Part shown: positions 43,456 to 53,534 of the stretch, piece by piece
How positions within the stretch are numbered: position 1 is the stretch's first letter
How the letters are laid out: every line of letters starts with the position of its first letter
Assembly: GCA_963755125.1 (NCBI GenBank)
Contig: CAVWIP010000010.1
Coordinates: 407,911-471,910 of the forward strand
Direction: 5' to 3'
Source: an uncultured delta proteobacterium
Lineage (GTDB): Bacteria; Myxococcota_A; Polyangia; Fen-1088
Length of the DNA: 64,000 nucleotides
Program-made: the position numbers and the translations under genes
Notes under the pieces: generated by a model
The model's database searches: none
What the model saw: the letters and a program-made list of their open reading frames with translations, nothing else
Told to the model about the DNA's origin: nothing

Positions 43456-44466
43456 ATGCCCACCTTCATCGAGCAGATTCACGCCAAGGCCAAAACCAGT
43501 CCCCGCAAGGTCGTCCTGCAAGAAGGCGAGGACGTTCGCATCATCGAGGCTGGCGCGCTGGCCACCAAGCAGGGCATTGCAGAGATCACCCTGCTGGGCG
43601 CGCCCGACAAGATCAGGGCGACCGCGGCGGCGGCGTCCCTGTCGCTCGACAAGATCAACATCGTGGACATGACCAAGCCGCCGAATTTCGATGACTACGC
43701 CAGCGCCTACTTCGAGTTGCGCAAGGCCAAGGGCCTCACCCAGGATCAAGCGGTCGCGCAGATGAAGGATCCGCTGTGGTACGGGGCCATGATGGTGCGC
43801 AAGGGCGTGGTGGACAGCTTCGTGGGCGGCGCGCTCTACACCACGGGCGACGTGTGCCGCGCCGGCATCCAGATCATCGGCATGCAGCCCGGCCTCAAGA
43901 CCCTGTCCAGCTTCTTCGCCATGGTGGTGTCCGACAAGTCGTTCGGCAAGGACGGTATCGTCTTCTTTGCCGACTGCGCGGTGGTCATCGCGCCCGACGT
44001 GAACCAACTGGCCGACATCGCCATTGCCACCGCCGACAGCTACGCCAGCCTGACCGGCGATACCCCGCGTGTCGCCATGCTGTCCTTCTCCACCAAGGGC
44101 AGCGCCAAGCATGCCGACATCGACAAGGTGACCGCCGCCACCGCCGCCGTGAAGCAGAAACGGCCCGGGTTGATCGTCGACGGCGAGTTGCAGGGCGACG
44201 CCGCGCTCATCCCGGCCATCGGCGAGCGCAAGGCCAAGGGCTCGCCGGTGGCGGGCAAGGCCAACGTGCTCATTTTCCCGGACCTCGATGCAGGCAACAT
44301 CAGCTACAAGCTGGTCGAGCGGCTGGGCAAGGCGGAGGCGGTCGGGCCCATCTTGCAGGGCATGGCCAAGCCGTCATCCGACCTCTCGCGCGGCTGCAAA
44401 GCTGCCGATGTGCTCAACGTGATCGCTATCAATGTCGTGCGCGTTCAGTACGCGCAGAAGCAGTAG
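43456..44466 (+). CDS. pta: Phosphate acetyltransferase
   Basis: EGED.R, FADCAV, AMLSFST, DGELQGDAA, FPDLDAGNISYK and DLSRG. Confidence 0.96.
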   Translation: MPTFIEQIHAKAKTSPRKVVLQEGEDVRIIEAGALATKQGIAEITLLGAPDKIRATAAAASLSLDKINIVDMTKPPNFDDYASAYFELRKAKGLTQDQAVAQMKDPLWYGAMMVRKGVVDSFVGGALYTTGDVCRAGIQIIGMQPGLKTLSSFFAMVVSDKSFGKDGIVFFADCAVVIAPDVNQLADIAIATADSYASLTGDTPRVAMLSFSTKGSAKHADIDKVTAATAAVKQKRPGLIVDGELQGDAALIPAIGERKAKGSPVAGKANVLIFPDLDAGNISYKLVERLGKAEAVGPILQGMAKPSSDLSRGCKAADVLNVIAINVVRVQYAQKQ

Positions 44467-44483
44467 TTCCTGGAGTTCACGTC

Positions 44484-45710
44484 ATGAAGGTACTGGTCAT
44501 CAATTGCGGCAGTTCGTCGCTGAAGTTCAAGCTGTACGATCTCCCGGCGGACGATACCCCCACGCTGATGGCCGAAGGCCTGGTCGAGGAAATCGGTCGC
44601 GAAAAATCCAAGTTCAGCTATCGCGACAGCCGCTCGCCCGAAAAGGTCGTCGGCGACGTGGTGGCCAAGGATCACACACAGGCGGTGGCAGCCATGAAGG
44701 ACATGCTGCTGGACGCCGAGCACGGTCTTTTCAAGAACAAGATCGAGGTCGACGCCTGCGGGCACCGGGTGGTACACGGACGCGAGTTGTTCTCGAACTC
44801 AGCCCTGGTCACCCCGGAAGTGCGTGGGGCCATCGAAGAGTGCATCGGCATTGCACCGTTGCACAACCCACCCAACCTGGCTGGCATCGCGGCCTGCGAG
44901 AAGATATTCCCCGGGCTGCCCCAGGTCGCGGTCTTCGACACCGCCTTCCACCAGACCATGCCGCCGCACGTGTACACCTACGGCTTGCCCAGGGACCAAC
45001 TCGACCGCAATCACGTGCGCAAATACGGCTTCCACGGGACCTCGCACGAGTACGTGGCCCGGCGCTGCGCCGAGCTGATGAAGAAGGACTTCGCCAAGCT
45101 CAAGATCATCACCTGCCACCTGGGCAACGGGTCTAGTATCGCCGCGGTCAAGCACGGCCAGTCCTTCGACACCTCGATGGGGCTGACCCCGCTTGAGGGT
45201 CTGCTGATGGGCACGCGCACGGGCGACATGGACCCGGCGGTGGTCCTCTACATCATGGACAAGGACAAGCTCTCTCCGCAGGAGATGAACACCCTACTTA
45301 ACAGCAAGAGCGGCGTCAAGGGCGTGTCTGGCATCAGCAATGACATGCGTCAGCTGATCGCCAAGGCCAAGGAGGGCGACGCGCGGGCACAGCTCGCGCT
45401 CGATATGTTCGACTACCGGCTGGTGAAGTACATCGGGTCGTACGTGGCGGCCATGGCCGGCTGCGATGCCATCGTATTTACCGGCGGCATCGGCGAGAAC
45501 GATGTCGCCATGCGCGCGCGCGTGCTGGACCCGCTGCGCTTCGTCGGCGTCGAAATCGATCCAGAACGCAACAGCTCGGCCGCCAAAGAGAAGGTCATCA
45601 CGCGCGACGGCTCGCGCATCTGCGCGTGGGTGGTTCCCACCAACGAAGAACTGATGATCGCCCGCAAGACCAAGGCCATCGTCGAGCAAGGTCGCAGCCT
45701 CGTTCGATAG
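44484..45710 (+). CDS. ackA: Acetate kinase
   Basis: VINCGSSSLK, GHRVVHG, APLHN, FDTAFH, YGFHGTSH, FTGGIGEN and TNEE. Confidence 0.97.
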   Translation: MKVLVINCGSSSLKFKLYDLPADDTPTLMAEGLVEEIGREKSKFSYRDSRSPEKVVGDVVAKDHTQAVAAMKDMLLDAEHGLFKNKIEVDACGHRVVHGRELFSNSALVTPEVRGAIEECIGIAPLHNPPNLAGIAACEKIFPGLPQVAVFDTAFHQTMPPHVYTYGLPRDQLDRNHVRKYGFHGTSHEYVARRCAELMKKDFAKLKIITCHLGNGSSIAAVKHGQSFDTSMGLTPLEGLLMGTRTGDMDPAVVLYIMDKDKLSPQEMNTLLNSKSGVKGVSGISNDMRQLIAKAKEGDARAQLALDMFDYRLVKYIGSYVAAMAGCDAIVFTGGIGENDVAMRARVLDPLRFVGVEIDPERNSSAAKEKVITRDGSRICAWVVPTNEELMIARKTKAIVEQGRSLVR

Positions 45711-45713
45711 GAT

Positions 45714-46481
45714 TCACAGGTAGCGCGCGTCGCCGATCGCCACGGCGGTCTGGATTCGTCCGGCCAACCAAACCTTGGCGGCCGCAACAGCTTGTTCGAG
45801 GGACTGCCCCCGCGCCAGCCCGACGGCAACGGCCGTGGCAAGTGCACACCCGGTCCCGCGTGGGGTCCTGCCCGGCAACCGCGTCCCCTGGTATAGCCGC
45901 TCGCCTCCCCGAGAACGAAGCACGTCGGTTGGCGGGCCGCACAGGTGGCCCCCCTTGACCAGAACGGCGGGCGCACCCCGCGCGGCCAGTTCCTGCGCAG
46001 CCCGGCGTGCGTGGTCAACAGCTTCCACCGCCAATCCGGTGAGCCAAGCGGCCTCTGCCAGGTTGGGTGTCACGAGCGTAGCCCGGCACACGAGTGGGAG
46101 CAGATCAGCAGGCGCACCCTCGAAAAGGGAGCCACCGGCCGAGGCGGCCAGCACAGGGTCAAAGACCACTGGTCCTTGCCAGGCCTCCAGGCCAGAGACG
46201 ATAGCGGCCGCGATGCTGGCGCCCGCCACCATGCCGATCTTTACCGCGGTCCGACGGGGAGGGCAGGCAGCCAGCGCGTGCTCCAGGCCCGCTCGCACCA
46301 TGTCCGGGGAGCGCGGTTCAACCCCTTTCACTCCGCTTTCGTCCTGCCGTGTCCAGGCCGTGCCTACAAGCGTGGCGTGGGCACCCAAGGCCCTCGCTGT
46401 GAGGAAATCTCGCACCAGGCCTGCCCCGCCGCTTGGGTCCAAACCGCCGACCGCCACCACATGCGGCCCATCGGAAGGCAC
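45714..46481 (-). CDS. thiD: Hydroxymethylpyrimidine/phosphomethylpyrimidine kinase
   Basis: GLDPSGGAG, AVKIGM, DPV, TPNLAEA, KGGH and GTGC. Start uncertain. Confidence 0.85.
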   Translation of the reverse strand: MPSDGPHVVAVGGLDPSGGAGLVRDFLTARALGAHATLVGTAWTRQDESGVKGVEPRSPDMVRAGLEHALAACPPRRTAVKIGMVAGASIAAAIVSGLEAWQGPVVFDPVLAASAGGSLFEGAPADLLPLVCRATLVTPNLAEAAWLTGLAVEAVDHARRAAQELAARGAPAVLVKGGHLCGPPTDVLRSRGGERLYQGTRLPGRTPRGTGCALATAVAVGLARGQSLEQAVAAAKVWLAGRIQTAVAIGDARYL

Positions 46482-46655
46482 GGCCTCGTTCTCGGCTGGC
46501 CCTGCGCGATAACCCCTGTCGTTGCAACGAGGCTCTTGCATTTTCAGGCGAATCCCTTCTAGTCTGCCCCGGTCAGAAAGGGGGCGGAATCTGGGCGCCG
46601 AGATGGGCAAAGGAGCGGACGCGACACATTCTGGGGTACAATCGTCTATACCAAC

Positions 46656-48386
46656 GTGGGGGTAGTTCTTCCTCAGCCGATTTCATTCGGCAAGTACACG
46701 CTGTTCGAGCGCATCGGTCGCGGTGGTATGGCCGACGTGTTCAAGGCGCGGGTTCAGGGGCCGGCAGGCTTCGAGCGCATCTTTGTCGTCAAGCGCATCC
46801 TGCCCCACCTGTCGGACGACCCTGCCTTCACCAAGATGTTCATCGACGAGGCCAAGCTGGCGGCCCGACTCACTCACCCCAACATCGTCCAAGTGTTCGA
46901 GCTAGGGTCGGTGGACAACGAGTACTTCATGTCCATGGAGTACGTGCGTGGCCGCGATCTGGCGGAGACCATGCGCACGCAGTGGGCGCGCGTGGGTCCG
47001 CCGCGTCCCGAGCTGGTGGCCTACGTCGGCCGTGAGATGTGTCGGGCATTGGCCTATGCCCATGACTTCACGGACGAGGACGGCACCAGGCTGGGAATGA
47101 TCCACCGGGACATCTCGCCCTCTAACGTCATGCTCTCCACCGATGGGGCGGTGAAGATCCTGGACTTCGGCATCGCCAAGGCCCTGGGTGGGGACAAGGA
47201 CGAAAGCACCAAGACGGGAACCCTCAAGGGCAAGTTCGCCTACATGGCGCCTGAGCAAACCGTGAGCAATGAGATCGATCGTCGCATCGACATCTTCGCG
47301 ACCGGCATCGTGCTGCACGAGATCCTGACGGGTCGCCGGCTGTTCAAGGGCGAAAATGATCTTCAGACTATCGAGAAGGTTCGTCAGTGCGATGTGCCGC
47401 CCCCCTCGCTGCACAACCCGCTATGTCCGCCGGAGATGGACAACATCGTGCTCAAGGCGCTGGCCAAGAATCCGCTCGACCGCTTCCAGTCGGCCTCGGA
47501 AATGGCCGATGCGCTCGACGACATCGTTCACGCCGCTCGTTTCCAGCCCACGCAGTTGGCCCAGCTCATGGGCAGCCTGTTCCCCACCGACACCGGCGTC
47601 GACGCTCGTTCGTCAGGCAGTCAACGCAGCCAGCCCGGCACCGCCTCGGTGAGCCCGTCACGTTCCAACACCAGTTCACTGCGACTCAGCGCCGTGGGGT
47701 CGCAGTCAAATTCCAGACCAGGGCGCGCGACCTCGGCCACGGTGCCGCCGGTGCCGCTGGCTGGGACCGGCTCGCTGCCTCGCATGGGAGGGCTGACGCC
47801 GGTGGTGCCGCCGCCCATCCCTGACATCGACCTCCGGCGCAAGCCCTTGCTGGCGCGCAAGGCTACCTGGGCGGCGATAGGCGTGGCTCTGCTGGTGGGA
47901 GGGGCGTTCTGGGCTGGGTCGCGCGGTTTCCAGCGTCAGACGTCCGTGCCGGTGCGTGGGACCACCGTGACCCTTCCCCCCTCTGCGCCCAAAGCCGAGA
48001 CACTCGACCTGGCGATCCAGTCGAACCCGTCGGGTGCGGAGGTTTTTGTCGTGGGCGAGGATCAGGTTCTGGGCAAGACGCCGTTTCGCAAGAAGTTTGA
48101 GTATCGCGAGGACAAACCGACGTTCCTGGTGTTCCGCTTGCCGGGATATCGCGATCTGAGCCACGAGGTGCGTCCCGATTGGTCTGGCCTGGTGGTTCTG
48201 GAGTCAGTTCCGGGACCGCCAGCCACCGAAGTCAAGCCGCCCGTCGCGGCCAAGCCAGGCAAAGAGAGTTCTTCATCCCGATCGGGTCATCGCAGGAACC
48301 GCCCAGGCAGGGACTACGACCCGTTCGACGGCGGTGGCAAGCAGCGGCCGGGCCGCAACTTGGGGCGGGCTGAGAACCCGTTCTGA
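46656..48386 (+). CDS. Hanks-type Ser/Thr kinase with TM and PEGA-like domain
   Basis: IGRGGMADV, VVKR, HRDISPSN, DFG, YMAPEQ, TM segment and SNPSGAEVFV. Confidence 0.95.
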   Translation: MGVVLPQPISFGKYTLFERIGRGGMADVFKARVQGPAGFERIFVVKRILPHLSDDPAFTKMFIDEAKLAARLTHPNIVQVFELGSVDNEYFMSMEYVRGRDLAETMRTQWARVGPPRPELVAYVGREMCRALAYAHDFTDEDGTRLGMIHRDISPSNVMLSTDGAVKILDFGIAKALGGDKDESTKTGTLKGKFAYMAPEQTVSNEIDRRIDIFATGIVLHEILTGRRLFKGENDLQTIEKVRQCDVPPPSLHNPLCPPEMDNIVLKALAKNPLDRFQSASEMADALDDIVHAARFQPTQLAQLMGSLFPTDTGVDARSSGSQRSQPGTASVSPSRSNTSSLRLSAVGSQSNSRPGRATSATVPPVPLAGTGSLPRMGGLTPVVPPPIPDIDLRRKPLLARKATWAAIGVALLVGGAFWAGSRGFQRQTSVPVRGTTVTLPPSAPKAETLDLAIQSNPSGAEVFVVGEDQVLGKTPFRKKFEYREDKPTFLVFRLPGYRDLSHEVRPDWSGLVVLESVPGPPATEVKPPVAAKPGKESSSSRSGHRRNRPGRDYDPFDGGGKQRPGRNLGRAENPF

Positions 48387-48412
48387 GCCACTCTTCTCCG
48401 ACTGCCCCTGCC

Positions 48413-49183
48413 ATGTTCTCCGGTCGTCGGATCGCCGTCGTGGTGCCTGCCTTCAACGAGGCAGAGAAGATCGCACGTACCCTGCGTTCGGTTCCTGGAT
48501 TCGTGGATCACGTGATAGTGGTCGACGACACGAGCACGGACGGTACAGCGCGCATCGCCAGGCGCAGCCAGAGGCGCGGCCTGGAAGTACTTGGACACCA
48601 GCGGAATCGCGGCGTGGGTGCGGCCATCGCGACCGGCTACGCGCGGGCGCGCGTCCTGGGCGCGGACGTGACGGCGGTGATGGCAGGGGACTCGCAGATG
48701 GATCCAGCAGATCTGGCCGCGCTGGTGGGCACGGTGGTTTCCGGCCGCGCTGACTACGCCAAGGGTAACCGATTTGCCTGGCCGGGTGTGTGCCGGGTGA
48801 TGCCGCTGCCCAGGCTGGTGGGCAACTTCGTGCTCTCGCACTTGACCCGACTGGCCTCGGGCTACACTCACCTCTTCGACTCACAATGTGGCTACACGGC
48901 GGCCAACCGGGAGGCTCTCGACGCCATTCTGGCCGGCCCGGTTTTCCCCCGCTACGGGTATCCCAACGATCTGTTGGTTCGCCTGGCTGCGGTGGGCGCA
49001 CGCGCCCTCGACGTGCCGGTGCGGCCCGTCTATGGGCCCGCCTGGCGTTCGGGCATCCGCATCTGGCGCGTGCTGGGGCCGCTTGCCTTGTTGCTCGTGC
49101 GCGCGTTCTGTTTGCGCATGGGCCGCGGCCTCGTGCGACGGCTGTGGCGGTCCGAGCCCCTGGTTGAGCTGCCTCCGACGTGA
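48413..49183 (+). CDS. Glycosyltransferase family 2
   Basis: VVPAFNE, VDDTSTD, NRGVG, AGD and DSQCGY. Confidence 0.92.
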   Translation: MFSGRRIAVVVPAFNEAEKIARTLRSVPGFVDHVIVVDDTSTDGTARIARRSQRRGLEVLGHQRNRGVGAAIATGYARARVLGADVTAVMAGDSQMDPADLAALVGTVVSGRADYAKGNRFAWPGVCRVMPLPRLVGNFVLSHLTRLASGYTHLFDSQCGYTAANREALDAILAGPVFPRYGYPNDLLVRLAAVGARALDVPVRPVYGPAWRSGIRIWRVLGPLALLLVRAFCLRMGRGLVRRLWRSEPLVELPPT

Positions 49184-50271
49184 TCGGCGTCCTGTGCACA
49201 TCCTACCCGCGCAGTCCCGACGACCCCGCCGGCTCGTTTATTCGCACGCGCGTGCGCGCGCTCCTCGCCGCCGGACAGGCAGTCGAGGTGATCGCAGCCG
49301 GCCCGGGGAGCGAGGCGAGTGAACCCAACCTGCGCGTGTTTCGGGTTCCCGCAGCGGGTGCCCGAGAAATCTTCTACGACGGCGGTGCTCCCGAGGCTCT
49401 GGAGAGCGGCTTGCCGGAGCAGCGCAGGCGTGCGTGGCTGGAAGCCGCGAGCTTCACCGCACGCATGATGGCGCTGACTGCACGGCGCGCCGCCGGGTGG
49501 AGCGCGGTCGAGAGCCACTGGCTGATCCCCTCGGCCCTGGTGGCCTGCGCGGTGGCGCCCCACTTGCGCCATCGCGCGCACGCCCATGGGGGCGACGCTT
49601 TCTTGCTGGCGCGCTTGCCTGGGGGTGCGAGCCTGGCCCGCATTCTCTGTCGCAGTGGCGCTGAATTGGTGTTCGCCAGTGCGGACCTGCGCGATCGCTT
49701 CGCGGCCCTGGGTGGCGACACTCCGGAGGCCCTCCGGGCGCGCGCCGGCGTGCAGCCTGCCCCCTTCGATTCGTTGCTGTTTCGCCGGCGCCCTCCCGCT
49801 GAGCGCCACGTCCTGCGCTGTCGTCTGGGACTGGTGGGGTTCACGGTGCTGGCGGCGGGCCGGCTGGTTCCCATCAAGGGGTTCGACGTGTTGGTGCATG
49901 CGGTGGGGCATCTGCCTGCACGGGTGCGGCCGAGCTTGGTCATCGTGGGTCAAGGCCCCGAGGAACACAGACTGCGGAAACTGGCTGCTGCGTGCGCGGT
50001 GGACCTTCGCTTGCCCGGCCTCGCCAGTCCGGCAACTCTCGCCGAGTGGATGGCCGCCGCCGACCTCTTCGTTCATCCCTGCCGTTCGTTGTCCAACGGC
50101 CGCAGCGAGGGTGCGCCAGTCGTGGTGCGCGAGGCGCTGGCCGCCGGATTGTCTGTGGTCGCGTCGGCGGTAGGTGGCCTGCCCGAGTTGTCCGGCCACG
50201 AGCGTCTCACCCTGGTCATGCCCGAAGATCCCTCGTCCCTGGCCGCAGCCATCGCCTTGGCCAGAGCATAA
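49180..50271 (+). CDS. Glycosyltransferase family 4
   Basis: GRLVPIKG, EGAPVVVREALAAG and VGGLPE. Confidence 0.9.
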   Translation: MIGVLCTSYPRSPDDPAGSFIRTRVRALLAAGQAVEVIAAGPGSEASEPNLRVFRVPAAGAREIFYDGGAPEALESGLPEQRRRAWLEAASFTARMMALTARRAAGWSAVESHWLIPSALVACAVAPHLRHRAHAHGGDAFLLARLPGGASLARILCRSGAELVFASADLRDRFAALGGDTPEALRARAGVQPAPFDSLLFRRRPPAERHVLRCRLGLVGFTVLAAGRLVPIKGFDVLVHAVGHLPARVRPSLVIVGQGPEEHRLRKLAAACAVDLRLPGLASPATLAEWMAAADLFVHPCRSLSNGRSEGAPVVVREALAAGLSVVASAVGGLPELSGHERLTLVMPEDPSSLAAAIALARA

Positions 50272-50486
50272 CGCGGCAGCCTGCCACGACGAGGTGCGCT
50301 ACAAAAAGTCCGAGTCGGCGGACGCTGGGTATCACATAGGTACACGGATTTCACCGGTGGGTGCCCCTAACAATCCAACTGATGAGTCAACCGCAGCAGA
50401 TGAAGACGGACTCTCGCGCTGGTCGCGGGGACCTGTCTGATCTCTGCCCATTTCTTTAACAGCGCCCAAGCGCGGAGGTGAGAAGC

Positions 50487-51410
50487 ATGGAGACTAATCT
50501 GAAGTCAGCTCCGTTGTGGATTCTTCCGGAAAACGCAGGAGTCCCCGACGTCTCCGCACTGGGGAGCCCAGCCAGCCTGCGGCGAGTTGACCAGCCGAGT
50601 CCCGCCAAGCGAGCAAGCCCCGGCGTGACGACCAGAGAGTATCGGATCCCCAACCTGGCCCGCGCCTGCCAGGTCTTGCGCCTTTTTGCGTCATCAAACG
50701 ATCCTCTTTCGTCTTCTGCAGTCGCACGCCGCCTCAAGATGCCGCGCACGACCGTGTTGCGAATCCTGCACACACTCGCGGCCGAGAGGTTCCTGCAGCG
50801 GCGTGGCTTCGACTTCACGGCCAACCCTGAGCTGCGCACGGGGTTGCGTTCGATGGCGGACGCTGCCCTTTGCGCTGCGGCGGTGCCGGCGTTGAACGAG
50901 ATCTCACAACTCACCGGAGAAACTGCGTATCTCGCGCTGCCGGCTGGTGACAAGGCCGTGGTGGTCGAAACCTGCGACAGCGCTGGCACCCAGCGCGTGG
51001 CTGGCACCCAGCGCGTGGGCAGCAGGACAGGCTCTGCGATGGAACTGTATTGTTCCGCTTTCGGAAAGGTGTTTCTGGCCTTCGGACCGCGAACTTGCTT
51101 GGAGACGGTGTCTAGCGGCGTGCCTTTGCGGGCGCGAACCCGGCATACCGTCACCTCGGCTGAAGCGCTTGCGGCCGAGTGCGGCCGGATCGTGCGGCAG
51201 GGGTATGCCCTGGACAACGAGGAGTATGAAGAGGGCGTGCGCTGCCTGGCCGCGCCAGTCTGGGCCAGCGGCAATGTGCTGGCCGCTGCTATAGGCGTGT
51301 CGGCCTCGGCGGCCACTTTCACTGGACAGCGAATCTCCGACGTCGCTGTGCTGGTGCTGCAAGCGGCGAAGAAGCTCACGGGGACCCTGGCCCAGCGGAC
51401 GATCGCGTAG
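50487..51410 (+). CDS. IclR family transcriptional regulator
   Basis: HTH PRTTVLRILHTL, TGETAYL, CSAFGKV and GYALDNEE.EEGVRCLAAPV. Confidence 0.92.
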   Translation: METNLKSAPLWILPENAGVPDVSALGSPASLRRVDQPSPAKRASPGVTTREYRIPNLARACQVLRLFASSNDPLSSSAVARRLKMPRTTVLRILHTLAAERFLQRRGFDFTANPELRTGLRSMADAALCAAAVPALNEISQLTGETAYLALPAGDKAVVVETCDSAGTQRVAGTQRVGSRTGSAMELYCSAFGKVFLAFGPRTCLETVSSGVPLRARTRHTVTSAEALAAECGRIVRQGYALDNEEYEEGVRCLAAPVWASGNVLAAAIGVSASAATFTGQRISDVAVLVLQAAKKLTGTLAQRTIA

Positions 51411-51544
51411 AGCCAGCAGGCTGAATTGCTCGGCTGACCTCTCGCGAGCGGCCTTCCGGGGAACTGTGCGCAGGCTGCAACCGGTTGTGCCGCGCCTTCC
51501 TGCGGTATGACCCGCGGACAAACCCTGCTAGAGTCCATCAACGG

Positions 51545-52582
51545 ATGTCTCTTCTAGTCGCAATTCTGGGGCTCGCATTGCTCATCGTCCTGCACGAGGC
51601 AGGCCATTTCACGGTCGCCCGCCTGTTCGGCATGCGGGTCGAAAGATTCTCGATCGGCTTTGGCAAGGCTGTCGTGTCCTTCAAGCGCGGCGACACCATC
51701 TACCAGATCGCGCCCATACCGCTCGGGGGCTTCGTGCAGATCACGGGGCTCAACCCGCACGAGGAGTTCGACCGAAACGATCCCTATGTCTATCCCAACC
51801 GGCCGCGCTGGATGCGGCTATTGGTTCTGGTGGCGGGGCCGGCGGCCAACTACCTGACCGCATTCTTGATCGCCCTAGTCGTCATGATCGGATACGGACA
51901 GCCCACGGGAACCACGACCATCGACGAGGTGCTCCCAGGCAGCGCGGCCCAGGCAGCGGGCCTCCGCGCCGGCGACGCCTTGGCAGAGATAAACGGCAAG
52001 CCCGTGTCTGAGCCGTCAGCGGTTACCAAGATGGTTCGGGGTTCCGCCGGCGCGCCCGTGACCGTGAAGGTGATGCGCGGGGGCAGCCCGGTGACTGTGA
52101 CGGTAGCTCCTCGCAAAGATCCGGCAAGCAGCGTCTACATGATCGGGGTCAGGTTCGGGCTGGTACGCGCACGCGGGCCCGTGCTTCTAGCGGTCAAGGA
52201 GTCGGCGCTGCTCCCGGTCGCGGTGGCCACCGGCATCCTGACCAACCTGTGGGATCTGATCTCGGGCAAGGTCAAGGGTGGGCTGACCGGACCGGTCGGG
52301 ATCGCACGCGAGATGGCCAGCGCGGCCCAGCAGGGAGCATCGAGGTTCCTCGAACTCGTGCTGCTCATCTCGGTGGCGCTGGCAGTATTCAACCTGCTCC
52401 CCATTCCAGGTCTCGATGGAGGCAGGGCGGTTTTCCTGGCCGTTGGTGCCGTCCGCAGGCGCGACATCAACCCCACGCTCGAGGCCAAGATTCACATGGT
52501 CGGCATCATGCTGCTCATGGGCCTTCTCGTCGTGGTCACCTTCGGCGATCTGAAGCCCCTGGTGCTCAAGCTATTCGGCTAG
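51545..52582 (+). CDS. rseP: RIP metalloprotease (M50, PDZ)
   Basis: HEAGH, FSIGFG, PLGGFV, AGPAAN, PDZ domain and NLLPIPGLDGG. Confidence 0.9.
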   Translation: MSLLVAILGLALLIVLHEAGHFTVARLFGMRVERFSIGFGKAVVSFKRGDTIYQIAPIPLGGFVQITGLNPHEEFDRNDPYVYPNRPRWMRLLVLVAGPAANYLTAFLIALVVMIGYGQPTGTTTIDEVLPGSAAQAAGLRAGDALAEINGKPVSEPSAVTKMVRGSAGAPVTVKVMRGGSPVTVTVAPRKDPASSVYMIGVRFGLVRARGPVLLAVKESALLPVAVATGILTNLWDLISGKVKGGLTGPVGIAREMASAAQQGASRFLELVLLISVALAVFNLLPIPGLDGGRAVFLAVGAVRRRDINPTLEAKIHMVGIMLLMGLLVVVTFGDLKPLVLKLFG

Positions 52583-52598
52583 TCGCCGCGATCCTTCG

Positions 52599-53534
52599 AT
52601 GCACCGGCGCAAGACGCGCATCCACCGCGGGCTGGTCGGCGACCGAGCGCTGGTGGGGTCTGGCTATCTGTCGCGGACTGATTTGCGCCTGGAGTACGAA
52701 AGCGAGATTGCGCCGCGGACCGAGGCGGCACTCGGCCGCATCCTGGGACAGGTGGCGATCGGCCGGCCCCGGCGCGCACTTGATCTCGGCGCGGGCACGG
52801 GCGCGGCTGCACGAATGGTTCGAAGTTACTTCGGCAACGATGTCGAGTTGGTGGCCGTGGACAAGGTTCCTGGACCCGGGATCCTGGTTGCCGATGTGCT
52901 TTCTGGCGTGCGTCCCGCGGGCGTCGACGGCCGCTTCGACCTGATCGTGTCCGCGCATCTGCTGAATGAGCTCGGTGAGAATCTGGACCTCGACGGACGG
53001 GCTCGGCTGGTGGCGGGCTGGTGCCGCGATTTGCTGGAACCGGATGGGACGTGCATCGTGATCGAGCCGGCGCTGCGCGATACCTCGCGGGCACTTCTAG
53101 GCGTGCGCGATCGGTTGCTGGCCGCCGGACTTCACGTGGCTGCGCCATGCTTCTGCCAGTCGGCCTGCCCGGCGCTGCAGCGCCAGCGCGACTGGTGCCA
53201 CGACAGCGCCGGGATGCTGGTGGCCGGCCGCTCGCGGGTGGACTTCAGCTATCTGGTTCTGCGCCGGTGCGCTGCAGACAGAATCGAGCCCGGCCGGTAT
53301 CGCGTGGTGAGCGACCCCATCAAGGACAAGGGGCGCCTGCGCTTCTTCATTTGCGGCGCCACCGGCCGCTTCGTGCTCATGCGCCTGGATCGCGATCGCT
53401 GTCCCGCGAACCAGGCCCTGGACCGAGCGCGCCGAGGCGACATTCTTGTCCTGCCGAACGCGACTGTGCGCGACGACGGCTTCCGAGTCGTTGCCGACTC
53501 CGTGGTCGAGCTTGGCTACGTGCCGGACGAGTAG
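52599..53534 (+). CDS. Rsm22/METTL17-like SAM-dependent methyltransferase
   Basis: LDLGAGTG, H.LNEL, VIEPA, APC....CP...DWCH and FSYLVL. Confidence 0.8.
   Translation: MHRRKTRIHRGLVGDRALVGSGYLSRTDLRLEYESEIAPRTEAALGRILGQVAIGRPRRALDLGAGTGAAARMVRSYFGNDVELVAVDKVPGPGILVADVLSGVRPAGVDGRFDLIVSAHLLNELGENLDLDGRARLVAGWCRDLLEPDGTCIVIEPALRDTSRALLGVRDRLLAAGLHVAAPCFCQSACPALQRQRDWCHDSAGMLVAGRSRVDFSYLVLRRCAADRIEPGRYRVVSDPIKDKGRLRFFICGATGRFVLMRLDRDRCPANQALDRARRGDILVLPNATVRDDGFRVVADSVVELGYVPDE

Noticed and set aside
43776..45710. 644-aa ORF suggesting a Pta-AckA fusion or frameshift
   Set aside because: pta ends at 44466 and ackA has its own GGAG SD and ATG at 44484. The upstream extension is an open alternative frame with no motifs.
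46482..46655. Possible TPP riboswitch upstream of thiD
   Set aside because: No CTGAGA...CCTGA..GGGA-type core seen.
50378..50415. CTGATGAGTC...GACGGAC resembling a hammerhead ribozyme core
   Set aside because: It has GGAC in place of the essential GAAA, and I found no convincing stems I and III. An Rfam cmscan would settle it.
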